Below are positions 9,002-16,828 of a stretch of 31,415 nucleotides of DNA, in pieces (position 1 is the stretch's first letter; each line of letters opens with the position of its first letter). Made by a program: the position numbers and the translations under genes. Under the pieces are notes generated by a model. That model saw only the letters and a program-made list of their open reading frames with translations. It searched no databases and was not told the DNA's origin. Source of the DNA: a virus (lineage: Duplodnaviria > Caudoviricetes); IMG/VR virus record IMGVR_UViG_3300032225_000042, positions 1 to 31,415 of that record. One strand, written 5' to 3'.

Positions 9002-10968
9002 TGTCTAGCCATCTGTTTTTCAACAATCTTAGCCTTATTCTGAATATCTGCTTCTTTTAGCATCAAATCAGCAATCTTGACCCGCTTATCAAACTCTCGT
9101 GAAGCTAAAGCGTCATCAGTTGGGAGGTTCTTGGTATTAGCCGCCATACTCTTTGCTTGCAACTCAATAGGCATCAATTGCGCTTCAGTCATTAACTTTT
9201 GCGCTTCAGCCTTATTCTGTTCTGCTTGTGTAGTTTGGACAGCAATCTGAGCCTGAACCAGTTGCATAGCCAATTGTTGTTGCAATTGAGCCGCTTGTTG
9301 AGCTTGTGGATCAGCCGTAGCCATCTTGTCTAGCATTTCGATCAACTCAAATCTGTTTGACAGAGAAGAATTAGCCATGATGCCCTTCAAAATAATAGGC
9401 AAAACAGGAGTATTAGGGCCAAGAGTCTGCAAAAGGGCAATGAACTGTTGTTGCTCATGCTCTCTAGCAATGATTCCAAGTGCTGCCGTAGGAATGAACT
9501 TCATGTCCACAGTAGGGTAACGCTCTGGATCGAACTGCATATAGCGGTAGGCGGCTTTGGTAATGAAGGGGATCATAAAATCCTCTTGGAAGTTCACCAA
9601 GGTACGCTTGTATTTCTTGATAATTGAGGCAGTAGCCATCGAAATACCGCCCTGACCCGCATCTCTAGCAACGGCAGACACCATTCCCTGAGAGTCAAGA
9701 GTGCCTGTTGCCATCAAAAGCATACGTTCAAACTCTTTGGCAGTTGTCAGGTTAGAGCCATCCGTATTGCCGAACTTAAACGGGAACAGAATCTCATTGG
9801 GATTGCCGTTTGTCAGGATAGCTTTACCTGGCTTAACTTCAAACTTTGCACCACGAGGTAGACGGGTGGCATCCATAGCCATCATTGGGCTAGTTGTCAG
9901 AGCTAGTGAATCTAAGTGGCTACGCACTTGGGCATCAATAGCCTTTTGTGAGTTATAAGCCTTCTCAACAGTACCACGACCTAATAAGCGATTAGGAACT
10001 GTATCGTCCTGATAAGCAAGAATCGGGCGGTCTTTCATCATGTATGGGTTCTTTTCTGCCTTCAGAAGAACACCATCATTGGCGATCACTACGATAGCCT
10101 CAACCAGATCGGAATACTCATCCTGAATACTATCTTCAGGGAACAAGTCTTCTACTTCTGCGCCATCGTTTTCTAGTTGGTCAAGATACTCTCTAGGAAC
10201 TAAACCATAGTAGGTCAAAAGTTTAACTTTATCGTCTTCGTATTGGGAGACTTCTTGGGTAGGCTCTAAGTCTGTGTCCATAGAGTCAGTGCCGACCTTT
10301 ACCTTGCGGTAGATGCCTTCTTCTTGACCTTTAACGACCTTATGGATAGAGACATACTTCTCGATAGCGACACCCATACAGTCATCAATAGATGTTCCAT
10401 TGGGGTCAAACAAGAAGTTACGGGGGTTTACAGGAACAATCTTGACTGCAATTCGGTCTTGTTCTACGACACCGATAGCGGCTTGTCCCATCTGACCAGG
10501 TATTGCCTGAGTAGCGGGGACAAAGACTTTCTCTGTTTTGACAATAATCTCACCGATACCCGTACCATAGATTTCAGCCAACAATTCAATCTGGTCAATA
10601 GACTTGCGAATCTTGTCTACTTTGAAGTCTTCCATCAGTTGTGCTTTGATAGCAGCAACATCTAGGGGGCTACCATTGACATCACGAATATCGTCTTGGA
10701 TATCAAAGAACTCACCCTGACCAAAGATGGCTTCCATGATCTCGGCATGGCGTGTCTCTACGGCTTGTTGGGTAGCGGGGGTAACGATACGGCTACGCTC
10801 TGAGTCTCTAGTTTTATCTTGAGCATCCCATTCGCCATTGAATATTCTCTCATATTCTAGCCAATCATCAAGGCAATTGACATCTCTCCAATCCCTCCAT
10901 CTATCACAATGGTCGACAACAAAGTTAACTATCTCTTTGTCTGAGTCACTAGGTTCTTGGAATTCCAT
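8998..10968 (-). CDS. Portal protein (P22-like, Gln-rich C-terminal barrel), 656 aa
   Basis: Directly follows terL; size; YGTGI and GRG-x-x-E motifs; long Q/A-rich helical C-terminus. Confidence 0.88.
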   Translation of the reverse strand: MEFQEPSDSDKEIVNFVVDHCDRWRDWRDVNCLDDWLEYERIFNGEWDAQDKTRDSERSRIVTPATQQAVETRHAEIMEAIFGQGEFFDIQDDIRDVNGSPLDVAAIKAQLMEDFKVDKIRKSIDQIELLAEIYGTGIGEIIVKTEKVFVPATQAIPGQMGQAAIGVVEQDRIAVKIVPVNPRNFLFDPNGTSIDDCMGVAIEKYVSIHKVVKGQEEGIYRKVKVGTDSMDTDLEPTQEVSQYEDDKVKLLTYYGLVPREYLDQLENDGAEVEDLFPEDSIQDEYSDLVEAIVVIANDGVLLKAEKNPYMMKDRPILAYQDDTVPNRLLGRGTVEKAYNSQKAIDAQVRSHLDSLALTTSPMMAMDATRLPRGAKFEVKPGKAILTNGNPNEILFPFKFGNTDGSNLTTAKEFERMLLMATGTLDSQGMVSAVARDAGQGGISMATASIIKKYKRTLVNFQEDFMIPFITKAAYRYMQFDPERYPTVDMKFIPTAALGIIAREHEQQQFIALLQTLGPNTPVLPIILKGIMANSSLSNRFELIEMLDKMATADPQAQQAAQLQQQLAMQLVQAQIAVQTTQAEQNKAEAQKLMTEAQLMPIELQAKSMAANTKNLPTDDALASREFDKRVKIADLMLKEADIQNKAKIVEKQMARQ

Positions 10969-10970
10969 TC

Positions 10971-12230
10971 TTATACCCCGCTAATAATATCTACTGGTTC
11001 CCATTCTTCTGAATCATCTTCTTCCATGTAAGATGTAACAGCCAGTTGGTCAATGTAACTGAGGGAGTCAGGCAAGTCATCATGGACTCCTTGAGCAGGG
11101 AACAGGATTAACTGGTCTACAAACTCATCCCAATCTTCTTCCGAATTTAACACAATTCTGCCATGCTCGAACCTACCTTGTAAAGCCCAGATGATCCGAT
11201 CCGCTTTTTTTCTATTCCCGTGGGTCAAATCTATGATGTGAGCAAAGGTGTTGTTCTTACGCATCAAGTCTGACAAGTAGGGCAAAACAGCGTTCTTTAA
11301 CGCCCCCCTCTCTATTCCCACACTCAAAGGGCGGTAGTCCCTAATGGCAATGAGTATCTTGGAGGCGGTCTCACGGATGTCCCAGCGTCCGTGTTCAATC
11401 TTCTCAACAAACCACTTCCCATCGTCTGTAACCTTAACGATTGAGATAGCAGACTCGTCTAGCCGCTTTTTAGCGTTAGCCGCTTGTTTGGCAACTTCCT
11501 CGAATCCCGCTAGGTCAACAGCGATGTAATAGCTTCCATGTTCAGGACTAACCCCGTATTTGATCCACTCTTCCTTGAAGATGTCCGAACCCGCATTGGT
11601 GAACGAGGCCATAAACTCTTGCTTGAAAGCGAAAGAACTTAGGGTCTTTTTAGCGGAATCTATCTCTGCTTGGTCAATCAAGGGGTTATCAGCAGTAGTA
11701 AAGTGCCATGACTTCCAATCAGGATCATCCTCTGACTCTCCCAACTTAAAGGTATCGTAGAACCAATTTCTACCCTTTGGAGTGCCAATAAAGAGTGCTC
11801 TACCCCGTTTATCAGACAAACTGGCTCGAATGACCTGTTCCCATGCTTCAGGCTTTATGTCGGCAACCTCATCGAGAACGGCATAGGTCAGACTGACACC
11901 ACGGAGCGTATCAGGACGATCCGCACCACGGACGTATATCCTAGCTCCGTTTATCAGGGTAATGTCTAGGTTGTTTACGTGGGAAGACTGAATAACCTCT
12001 CTACCAAGGTCTAACAGTAAGTCCCAGATGATTTGACGGCTTTGTCCCATAGTGGGACTCACATAGAGAACCGCAGAACCTTGTGGACACTTGAGTCCTT
12101 CAATCAGTAGAGTAACTGCAGCCATCCTAGACTTACCGCATCTACGCCCAGCAGCCACAACCTTGAACCTAGTCGTATCCTTAAATACCTCTTGTTGCCA
12201 AGGAAGTAGAGAGAAGTTCAAATCAGCCAT
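10971..12230 (-). CDS. terL: Terminase large subunit, 419 aa
   Basis: Walker A AAGRRCGKS, Walker B YAVLDE, GTPKG coupling motif, nuclease AVDLA and HDDLPDS. Confidence 0.95.
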   Translation of the reverse strand: MADLNFSLLPWQQEVFKDTTRFKVVAAGRRCGKSRMAAVTLLIEGLKCPQGSAVLYVSPTMGQSRQIIWDLLLDLGREVIQSSHVNNLDITLINGARIYVRGADRPDTLRGVSLTYAVLDEVADIKPEAWEQVIRASLSDKRGRALFIGTPKGRNWFYDTFKLGESEDDPDWKSWHFTTADNPLIDQAEIDSAKKTLSSFAFKQEFMASFTNAGSDIFKEEWIKYGVSPEHGSYYIAVDLAGFEEVAKQAANAKKRLDESAISIVKVTDDGKWFVEKIEHGRWDIRETASKILIAIRDYRPLSVGIERGALKNAVLPYLSDLMRKNNTFAHIIDLTHGNRKKADRIIWALQGRFEHGRIVLNSEEDWDEFVDQLILFPAQGVHDDLPDSLSYIDQLAVTSYMEEDDSEEWEPVDIISGV

Positions 12231-12588
12231 ACTTAGCCTCTACGTCTTCAGGTTGTTCAGTGTCCACTACCAATGGCTCTTGTCCTAAACCAGTGATATT
12301 GATGGTTACCGCTGATCTCTGAGACTTATCCTTTTCAAACAAAGAAACAGGAAGAGTCCTATCAAGACACATCTTCAGGGCTACCAATTGATGGGGATGG
12401 TCATCATTAAGGGCTATCTCAATAACCTTTTGAGCCACATCCTTACCCCCACTCCTAATCATTAGCTCTTTAAGCTCCTTCAGACGTTGATGGTCTGTCT
12501 TAGGTAGTACAAGGGGTGGATTGTCAGCAAACCTCTGTATAGTCATCTTAACGCTTCCCTTGGGTCTTCCTCTTCCTCTTTTTTCCAT
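12223..12588 (-). CDS. terS: Probable terminase small subunit, 121 aa
   Basis: Overlaps the terL start; N-terminal RGRGRPKGS; helical core ending LDRTLP; GGAGG RBS. Confidence 0.65.
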   Translation of the reverse strand: MEKRGRGRPKGSVKMTIQRFADNPPLVLPKTDHQRLKELKELMIRSGGKDVAQKVIEIALNDDHPHQLVALKMCLDRTLPVSLFEKDKSQRSAVTINITGLGQEPLVVDTEQPEDVEAKYG

Positions 12589-12714
12589 TTTGTCCTCCTT
12601 GGAATGGATTAGTTCATTTTAGCTTTTTCTGAGGATGGGTGGCTCCACAAATATCTCATAACCCAACCTACCCCCTCCCCCCCCCATACATCTCACCACC
12701 TAGGGTTTACCATC

Positions 12715-12748
12715 ATGTCTTTTTATACAGTACTGTCTAGGCATACAG
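12715..12748. promoter_or_regulatory. Tandem LexA/SOS-like boxes
   Basis: CTGTctaggcatACAG at 12733-12748 is a perfect CTG-N10-CAG. ATGTctttttatACAG at 12715-12730 has one mismatch. Confidence 0.55.
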
Positions 12749-12772
12749 CATAGGGTTTCCCCTTATCCTAGA

Positions 12773-12787
12773 TGCGAATGATTCTCA
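12773..12787. promoter_or_regulatory. Fur-box-like 7-1-7 inverted repeat
   Basis: TGCGAAT-G-ATTCTCA versus consensus TGATAAT-N-ATTATCA; extends to an 11-1-11 imperfect palindrome. Confidence 0.5.
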
Positions 12788-12897
12788 TTTAGATTTAGAA
12801 GGGTGAAAGTTAAGGCGGGTGCTTTTCAGTGTTACTTGATTGATCTAGTTCTATCCGTCTATTGTCTTATCCCTTGTCTATTCCCTTACTGTTTACC

Positions 12898-13137
12898 CTA
12901 TTGATTGACATGGTTAGGGCTATCCCTTTTCTTTCCGTCTAGGTTAGTTACTAACCCTATGCTTTCCAATGGGCTATCTGTTCTATATCCGATACCATGC
13001 AAGTGTTGATAAAGGCTCAATAGGTTTTCAAAACCCTGACTAATATTGCCTTGCCCAGCACTCAATAAGATCTGCAGCTTAGGGTTATCCAGCTTGCGTC
13101 TAAATTGAACAGTGTCTACTTTTGGCGGCCTACTCAT
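12898..13137 (-). CDS. Hypothetical protein, 79 aa
   Basis: ORF track; basic N-terminus (MSRPPK...FRRKL), possibly a small DNA-binding protein. Confidence 0.55.
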   Translation of the reverse strand: MSRPPKVDTVQFRRKLDNPKLQILLSAGQGNISQGFENLLSLYQHLHGIGYRTDSPLESIGLVTNLDGKKRDSPNHVNQ

Positions 13138-13180
13138 GTTCTAACCCTGAAAACAATTAAATTAAAATAATTCTAGCATC

Positions 13181-13224
13181 TAAGGGTAAACACCTATGGT
13201 TTTTTTCTTTTTTAACCCGATAAT
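13181..13224 (+). promoter_or_regulatory. Promoter with upstream TAGGG-type box
   Basis: TAAGGGTAAACACCTA (13181-13196), 22 nt, then GATAAT; upstream of the ORF at 13269. Confidence 0.55.
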
Positions 13225-13268
13225 TACTTTACTTTCAATCGGAAAGTGCAATTTATAGGCGTTACATC

Positions 13269-13466
13269 ATGAAATTTGCTTTTATCCCAAAAGGTCAATA
13301 CACAATAGGCCAAATTATCCAAGTACAGGGGCAATCTATGCGTGTTGAAAGCTACACACATACGGGCCGCAATCTAATTGCTTGCACATTAGACGATGCA
13401 CCAAAATTCCAGCGTGTTGCGTGTATTTGCACCGATTCACCCTCAATTTTAGGGGTGACAGCATGA
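13269..13466 (+). CDS. Hypothetical protein, 65 aa
   Basis: ORF track; TAGG upstream; stop overlaps the next ATG. Confidence 0.65.
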   Translation: MKFAFIPKGQYTIGQIIQVQGQSMRVESYTHTGRNLIACTLDDAPKFQRVACICTDSPSILGVTA

Positions 13467-13558
13467 AAAACACTTTTTTAGACTATCTGACGGCCATTGT
13501 CATTGGCCTAATGCTATGCATAGGGGCTTTGCATTATTTTGACGTTTTGGTCAAATAA
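13463..13558 (+). CDS. Small single-TM protein, 31 aa (MKNTFLDYLTAIVIGLMLCIGALHYFDVLVK)
   Basis: Manually translated; ATGA coupling; AGGGG RBS. Confidence 0.6.
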   Translation: MKNTFLDYLTAIVIGLMLCIGALHYFDVLVK

Positions 13559-13559
13559 T

Positions 13560-13602
13560 TAGGGTTTTTACCCATTTACTAGGGGTTTTGCGCCCCTAGA
13601 AT
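13560..13602 (+). promoter_or_regulatory. Sigma70-like promoter with upstream TAGGG-type box
   Basis: TAGGGTTTTTACCCA (13560-13574), TTTACT, 16 nt, TAGAAT (13597-13602). Confidence 0.6.
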
Positions 13603-13631
13603 TTTAATTTTTAACTGTAAATAGGTGTCAT

Positions 13632-14279
13632 ATGATCAAAATATCTCAAACTTCAAAATTGAATGCCCGTTCATGGTCATTGCAAGCTTTAGACACTTGC
13701 CCAGGATCTTGGGCCGCGCCTGGTGAATTAGTAGATGCTTGCAAGGGCTGTTATGCAACAACTGGGAATTACAATTACCCGAACGTGAAAGCCCCTCGAA
13801 TCTCAAACCGCGAAGATTGGCAGCGGCTTGATTGGGTTTCCGATATGGTTAGTGAACTAGATCAAGATCGTTATTTTCGCTGGTTTGATTCGGGAGATGT
13901 TTACACGCTAGGTTTAGCCGAAAAGATACTTGAGGTTATGGTTCGCACGCCATGGGTTAACCATTGGCTGCCAACTAGGATGCACAAATTCCCCAAATTT
14001 GCCCATGTTTTCGCACAAATGGAAGCTTTGCCCAATGTAAAAGTCAGGTTTTCCAGTGATTCTATTCAGGGTGAATATATCGAGGGCTTGCATGGATCGG
14101 TTATTGGCCCTGATGCTGCCACATTTCAGGCAAGGGCTGGGGTTCAATTGTGCGAAGCATATAAACACGGTGGCAACTGTAACGGCTGCCGCGCATGTTG
14201 GTCTAAAGATGTGCCATTGATTGCTTACCCTGCACATGGCCAAAAAATGGCCCGCGTGATCAAGTTAAAGCAAATTTAA
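13632..14279 (+). CDS. GP88-like Cys-rich (putative Fe-S / radical-SAM-related) phage protein, 215 aa
   Basis: TSKL...WSL...CPGS...CKGCYA, RWFDSGD, HWLPTR, C-terminal CxA...CNGCRACW...IAYPAH pattern of the 'gene product 88' family. Confidence 0.78.
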   Translation: MIKISQTSKLNARSWSLQALDTCPGSWAAPGELVDACKGCYATTGNYNYPNVKAPRISNREDWQRLDWVSDMVSELDQDRYFRWFDSGDVYTLGLAEKILEVMVRTPWVNHWLPTRMHKFPKFAHVFAQMEALPNVKVRFSSDSIQGEYIEGLHGSVIGPDAATFQARAGVQLCEAYKHGGNCNGCRACWSKDVPLIAYPAHGQKMARVIKLKQI

Positions 14280-14289
14280 GGGGCTAAAA

Positions 14290-14460
14290 ATGACACAAAT
14301 TGATGCGTTAACTCAGTGTTTAATTTTAGCCTTAACTGCTCCAAATGATAAAAAAGCAGATCAGGCAAGTGAACTAGCGGAAAAGTTGACCTTTGGTTTG
14401 ACGGTTGATCAGGTTGAAGCTTGCAAATTTGAAGCTTTAGAATTTGTGGGGTTTGAATGA
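14290..14460 (+). CDS. Hypothetical protein, 56 aa (MTQIDALTQCLILALTAPND...)
   Basis: Manually translated; AAGGGG RBS. Confidence 0.68.
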   Translation: MTQIDALTQCLILALTAPNDKKADQASELAEKLTFGLTVDQVEACKFEALEFVGFE

Positions 14461-14507
14461 TCTATGCAATGATCGCCCTGATTTTACGAATACTCACAAA
14501 ACGATAA
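14457..14507 (+). CDS. Possible 16-aa hydrophobic/basic peptide MIYAMIALILRILTKR
   Basis: ATGA coupling to the upstream ORF; GGGG RBS; ends just before the terminator. Confidence 0.4.
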   Translation: MIYAMIALILRILTKR

Positions 14508-14512
14508 CCTAG

Positions 14513-14539
14513 AACCCGCCTAATAAGCGGGTTTTTTTT
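14513..14539 (+). terminator. Rho-independent terminator
   Basis: AACCCGC-ctaataa-GCGGGTT followed by a T tract, between convergent operons. Confidence 0.88.
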
Positions 14540-14580
14540 ACGTCTAGCATAGTTGGTATGCACAAACCCCAAAAAACGGC

Positions 14581-14859
14581 TTAAAAGGGGCTTGAATAGA
14601 CTTCTAGGGGCATTTCCTGCGTCAATCTGCGAATGGTAACGTCAAGGGCTGCTAGTTCATCCATTTTTTTGACCCGCCATATGGCCTTCGTGCCATGCCA
14701 ACTATTGTGACAATCCCTGCACAAAGCTATAACGCAATATTGCAGTTTTTGCTCTATGTGATGTGCATCGCTTGGCCCATGTTGATCGCACACTGAGCAT
14801 GGCAATAGCTTAACTTTTCCGATATGTAATCTATGCTTTGCGCTCAGTTTGTTGTTCAC
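14581..14859 (-). CDS. Ref/DUF968-like HNH-type Zn-binding nuclease, 92 aa
   Basis: PCSVC...DAHH...IALCRDCH pattern. Confidence 0.65.
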   Translation of the reverse strand: MNNKLSAKHRLHIGKVKLLPCSVCDQHGPSDAHHIEQKLQYCVIALCRDCHNSWHGTKAIWRVKKMDELAALDVTIRRLTQEMPLEVYSSPF

Positions 14860-15179
14860 TGGGTGGCCTTCATTTCCATGCGGGCACTATATTGCTCAGT
14901 TCTCCAGACTTCAATTCTCGCCTGCGCTGCGGTCATTAGCCAACGATACTTTTCCTCGACCTCTACTGCCTCTCTGATACCTTCTAAGATGCCAACATAA
15001 TCCGCATGAGCATAGGCATAGGTCTCTTGTTTTCCAAGAACCTCAGTTCCAGCTTGAGCCATGAGTTGTGCCTTGCGGGACTTTAAAAAACCCTCAAGGT
15101 AGATTCGAGTGGCTTTAGCCTTGCTGTAAGGTTCTGCCGTGTCAATCAGATATTGAATGGCCTTAGTTGGTTCGTTCAT
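14856..15179 (-). CDS. Conserved helical phage protein, 107 aa
   Basis: ATG at 15179 overlaps the upstream stop; AYAHADY...IEVWRT pattern. Confidence 0.7.
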   Translation of the reverse strand: MNEPTKAIQYLIDTAEPYSKAKATRIYLEGFLKSRKAQLMAQAGTEVLGKQETYAYAHADYVGILEGIREAVEVEEKYRWLMTAAQARIEVWRTEQYSARMEMKATQ

Positions 15180-15424
15180 TCTTGCCCCCTTGCTCGGATA
15201 GCTTTTACGCAACGATATGCGTAGCTACCCTCAAACCCATCTTCTGTCGCAATCTCATCACAAATCTTCGCACATTCCTCACGTTCCATGCGGATAGCGG
15301 CTTGAATAGCGTCTATTTCCCAATGATATGGTTGGCCTTGGGCTTTTAATATCTGCTTACCAAGGTTACTTTGTTGCTCAACGGAATTAAATGGTTCGTC
15401 TTCCTCTTTAGTCCAATCAGTCAT
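15176..15424 (-). CDS. Hypothetical protein, 82 aa
   Basis: EREECAKIC...AIRARG motif common in small betaproteobacterial phage proteins. Confidence 0.7.
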   Translation of the reverse strand: MTDWTKEEDEPFNSVEQQSNLGKQILKAQGQPYHWEIDAIQAAIRMEREECAKICDEIATEDGFEGSYAYRCVKAIRARGQE

Positions 15425-15503
15425 ACCAAAACCTCAGTAAAGAAAGCACTCCCGCCCAAAAAGCAGTGAGTGCAATGAGAATTAGTTGCCACGCCTCGCT
15501 CAT
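15417..15503 (-). CDS. Small hydrophobic protein, 28 aa (MSEAWQLILIALTAFWAGVLSLLRFWYD)
   Basis: Manually translated; ATGA coupling; fills the gap. Confidence 0.5.
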   Translation of the reverse strand: MSEAWQLILIALTAFWAGVLSLLRFWYD

Positions 15504-15736
15504 ACATCCTCAGTCTTGTAATTGAGTTTGTGATGCTGAAAGCGCATTGCCGCCTCGCACTCCATCTCTTTGAATTGTTCGTCAGAGAATATCCCTATGA
15601 CATTGCGACCCTCAAACCAAACCTCTTTGATGGATTCGTTATAGGTTGAATCCTCGTCTGATTCATACTCATAAACTATAGTAACAATTACGCTACCCGC
15701 ACCCACTGTCGTGTCAAATTCCCAAGTTGATTCCAT
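15500..15736 (-). CDS. Acidic hypothetical protein, 78 aa
   Basis: ORF track; AGGAG RBS. Confidence 0.72.
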   Translation of the reverse strand: MESTWEFDTTVGAGSVIVTIVYEYESDEDSTYNESIKEVWFEGRNVIGIFSDEQFKEMECEAAMRFQHHKLNYKTEDV

Positions 15737-15759
15737 GATTCACTCCTGTTAAAAATTAA

Positions 15760-15802
15760 ATCTTACCTAATTGATTGCGTAATACCATAGGGATTTACCC
15801 TA
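15760..15802 (-). promoter_or_regulatory. Promoter with upstream TAGGG-type box
   Basis: Box TAGGGATTTACCCTA (15788-15802), 22 nt, then TAAGAT (15765-15760, minus strand). Confidence 0.6.
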
Positions 15803-16061
15803 ATGTCTGAATCATTCTTAAAGCGGCTTCAGGGTTGTCAATTCTGCACAAAGTACTTCCTGACCAATTCTCAAAAAAGTCTGTTTGTAGCTTGGTAAAC
15901 TTCTTTTTGTTGTCTGTTTTAATCTCTACCAAAAAAGTATGGTTTTTATACCCTACCAATAGGTCAACAGGAAGACCGATAATCCAAACGTAAGCACCTG
16001 CAGATCGCAAGGCACTAACTATTTGAATTTGATTTGCGTCAACACGAGCAGCCCTTCTCAT
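15795..16061 (-). CDS. VRR-NUC / PD-(D/E)xK-like endonuclease (putative resolvase), 88 aa
   Basis: AARVDANQ...VDLLVG...LVEIK...TKLQ..F...W motif. Confidence 0.75.
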   Translation of the reverse strand: MRRAARVDANQIQIVSALRSAGAYVWIIGLPVDLLVGYKNHTFLVEIKTDNKKKFTKLQTDFFENWSGSTLCRIDNPEAALRMIQTLG

Positions 16062-16525
16062 ATGTGTCTCCAGTAAATTTTACGAATGGCTTTTTGCATT
16101 GTGTCTTTGCAAACTCCATATTCTTTTGCAAGCATTTTGTAAGTTACAACTTTAGGTATATATCGTGCTCTTGCTTCTTTGACTTGTTCTTCGGTTAATA
16201 AAGAAAATCCATTTATTTCTCCTTTAGCTTGTCTATTTTTCATAAACTTATCTTTTTGGTTGTCTGCATGAGTTCCCATTGCAAGATGTTTTGGATTGCA
16301 ACAAGCGGGGTTATCGCATTTATGCATTGCAACTTTTCCATCAATGTTTTCTCCAGTAGTTAAACGATAAGCAACTCTATGTGCCATCGATTGAACACCC
16401 TCAAATCTATATCTTCCATATCCCCATTGATTTGGTTTTCTAAGCCAATTCCAACATTCATCTTCAGTTTTTATATCTACAAAAGACCAAAACTTGTTTG
16501 CATCTACCCTAGCGGCATATCTCAT
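16058..16525 (-). CDS. Free-standing HNH homing endonuclease with C-terminal HTH, 155 aa
   Basis: CWNW...GYG...AHRVAY...MHKCDNPACCNPKHL..GTHADN; visibly more AT-rich than its flanks. Confidence 0.88.
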   Translation of the reverse strand: MRYAARVDANKFWSFVDIKTEDECWNWLRKPNQWGYGRYRFEGVQSMAHRVAYRLTTGENIDGKVAMHKCDNPACCNPKHLAMGTHADNQKDKFMKNRQAKGEINGFSLLTEEQVKEARARYIPKVVTYKMLAKEYGVCKDTMQKAIRKIYWRHI

Positions 16526-16734
16526 AAAAGTGTCCCATCTCTCATTCTGTTGATGTATTCTCGAATTCGATCTCTTGCACCAGTGCCATAAATTCTCTCG
16601 GCTCGTTCTAGTCTTGCACGAATAAGATCAGGTTTCTTACTCCACACCCAATTTCGATACAGTTCTCTGGCCTCTGCTTGCTCAAGAATTACTCTATCGC
16701 TTGGTTCTTGAATGTTTCTTCTACTCCAAGTCAC
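16522..16734 (-). CDS. Hypothetical protein, 70 aa
   Basis: ORF track; GTG start with GGAG upstream; coupled. Confidence 0.65.
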   Translation of the reverse strand: MTWSRRNIQEPSDRVILEQAEARELYRNWVWSKKPDLIRARLERAERIYGTGARDRIREYINRMRDGTLL

Positions 16735-16828
16735 CAGTAAGCTCCAGTGCTTTGTTTATCAGGTGTATCGGAAATGGTACGCCTTCACGCACCTTGTCTA
16801 GCAGTCTCATGGCTTCAAAGTAATTCAT
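16721..16828 (-). CDS. Hypothetical protein, 35 aa (MNYFEAMRLLDKVREGVPFPIHLINKALELTGDLE)
   Basis: Manually translated; ATGA coupling to the methyltransferase stop. Confidence 0.65.
   Translation of the reverse strand: MNYFEAMRLLDKVREGVPFPIHLINKALELTGDLE

Noticed and set aside
9326-12288. Short plus-strand ORFs within portal and terminase, and similar nested ORFs elsewhere (e.g. 13914-14243, 16853-17146, 25254-25804, 30454-30717)
   Set aside because: Antisense or alternate-frame overlaps of well-supported genes, with no independent evidence.
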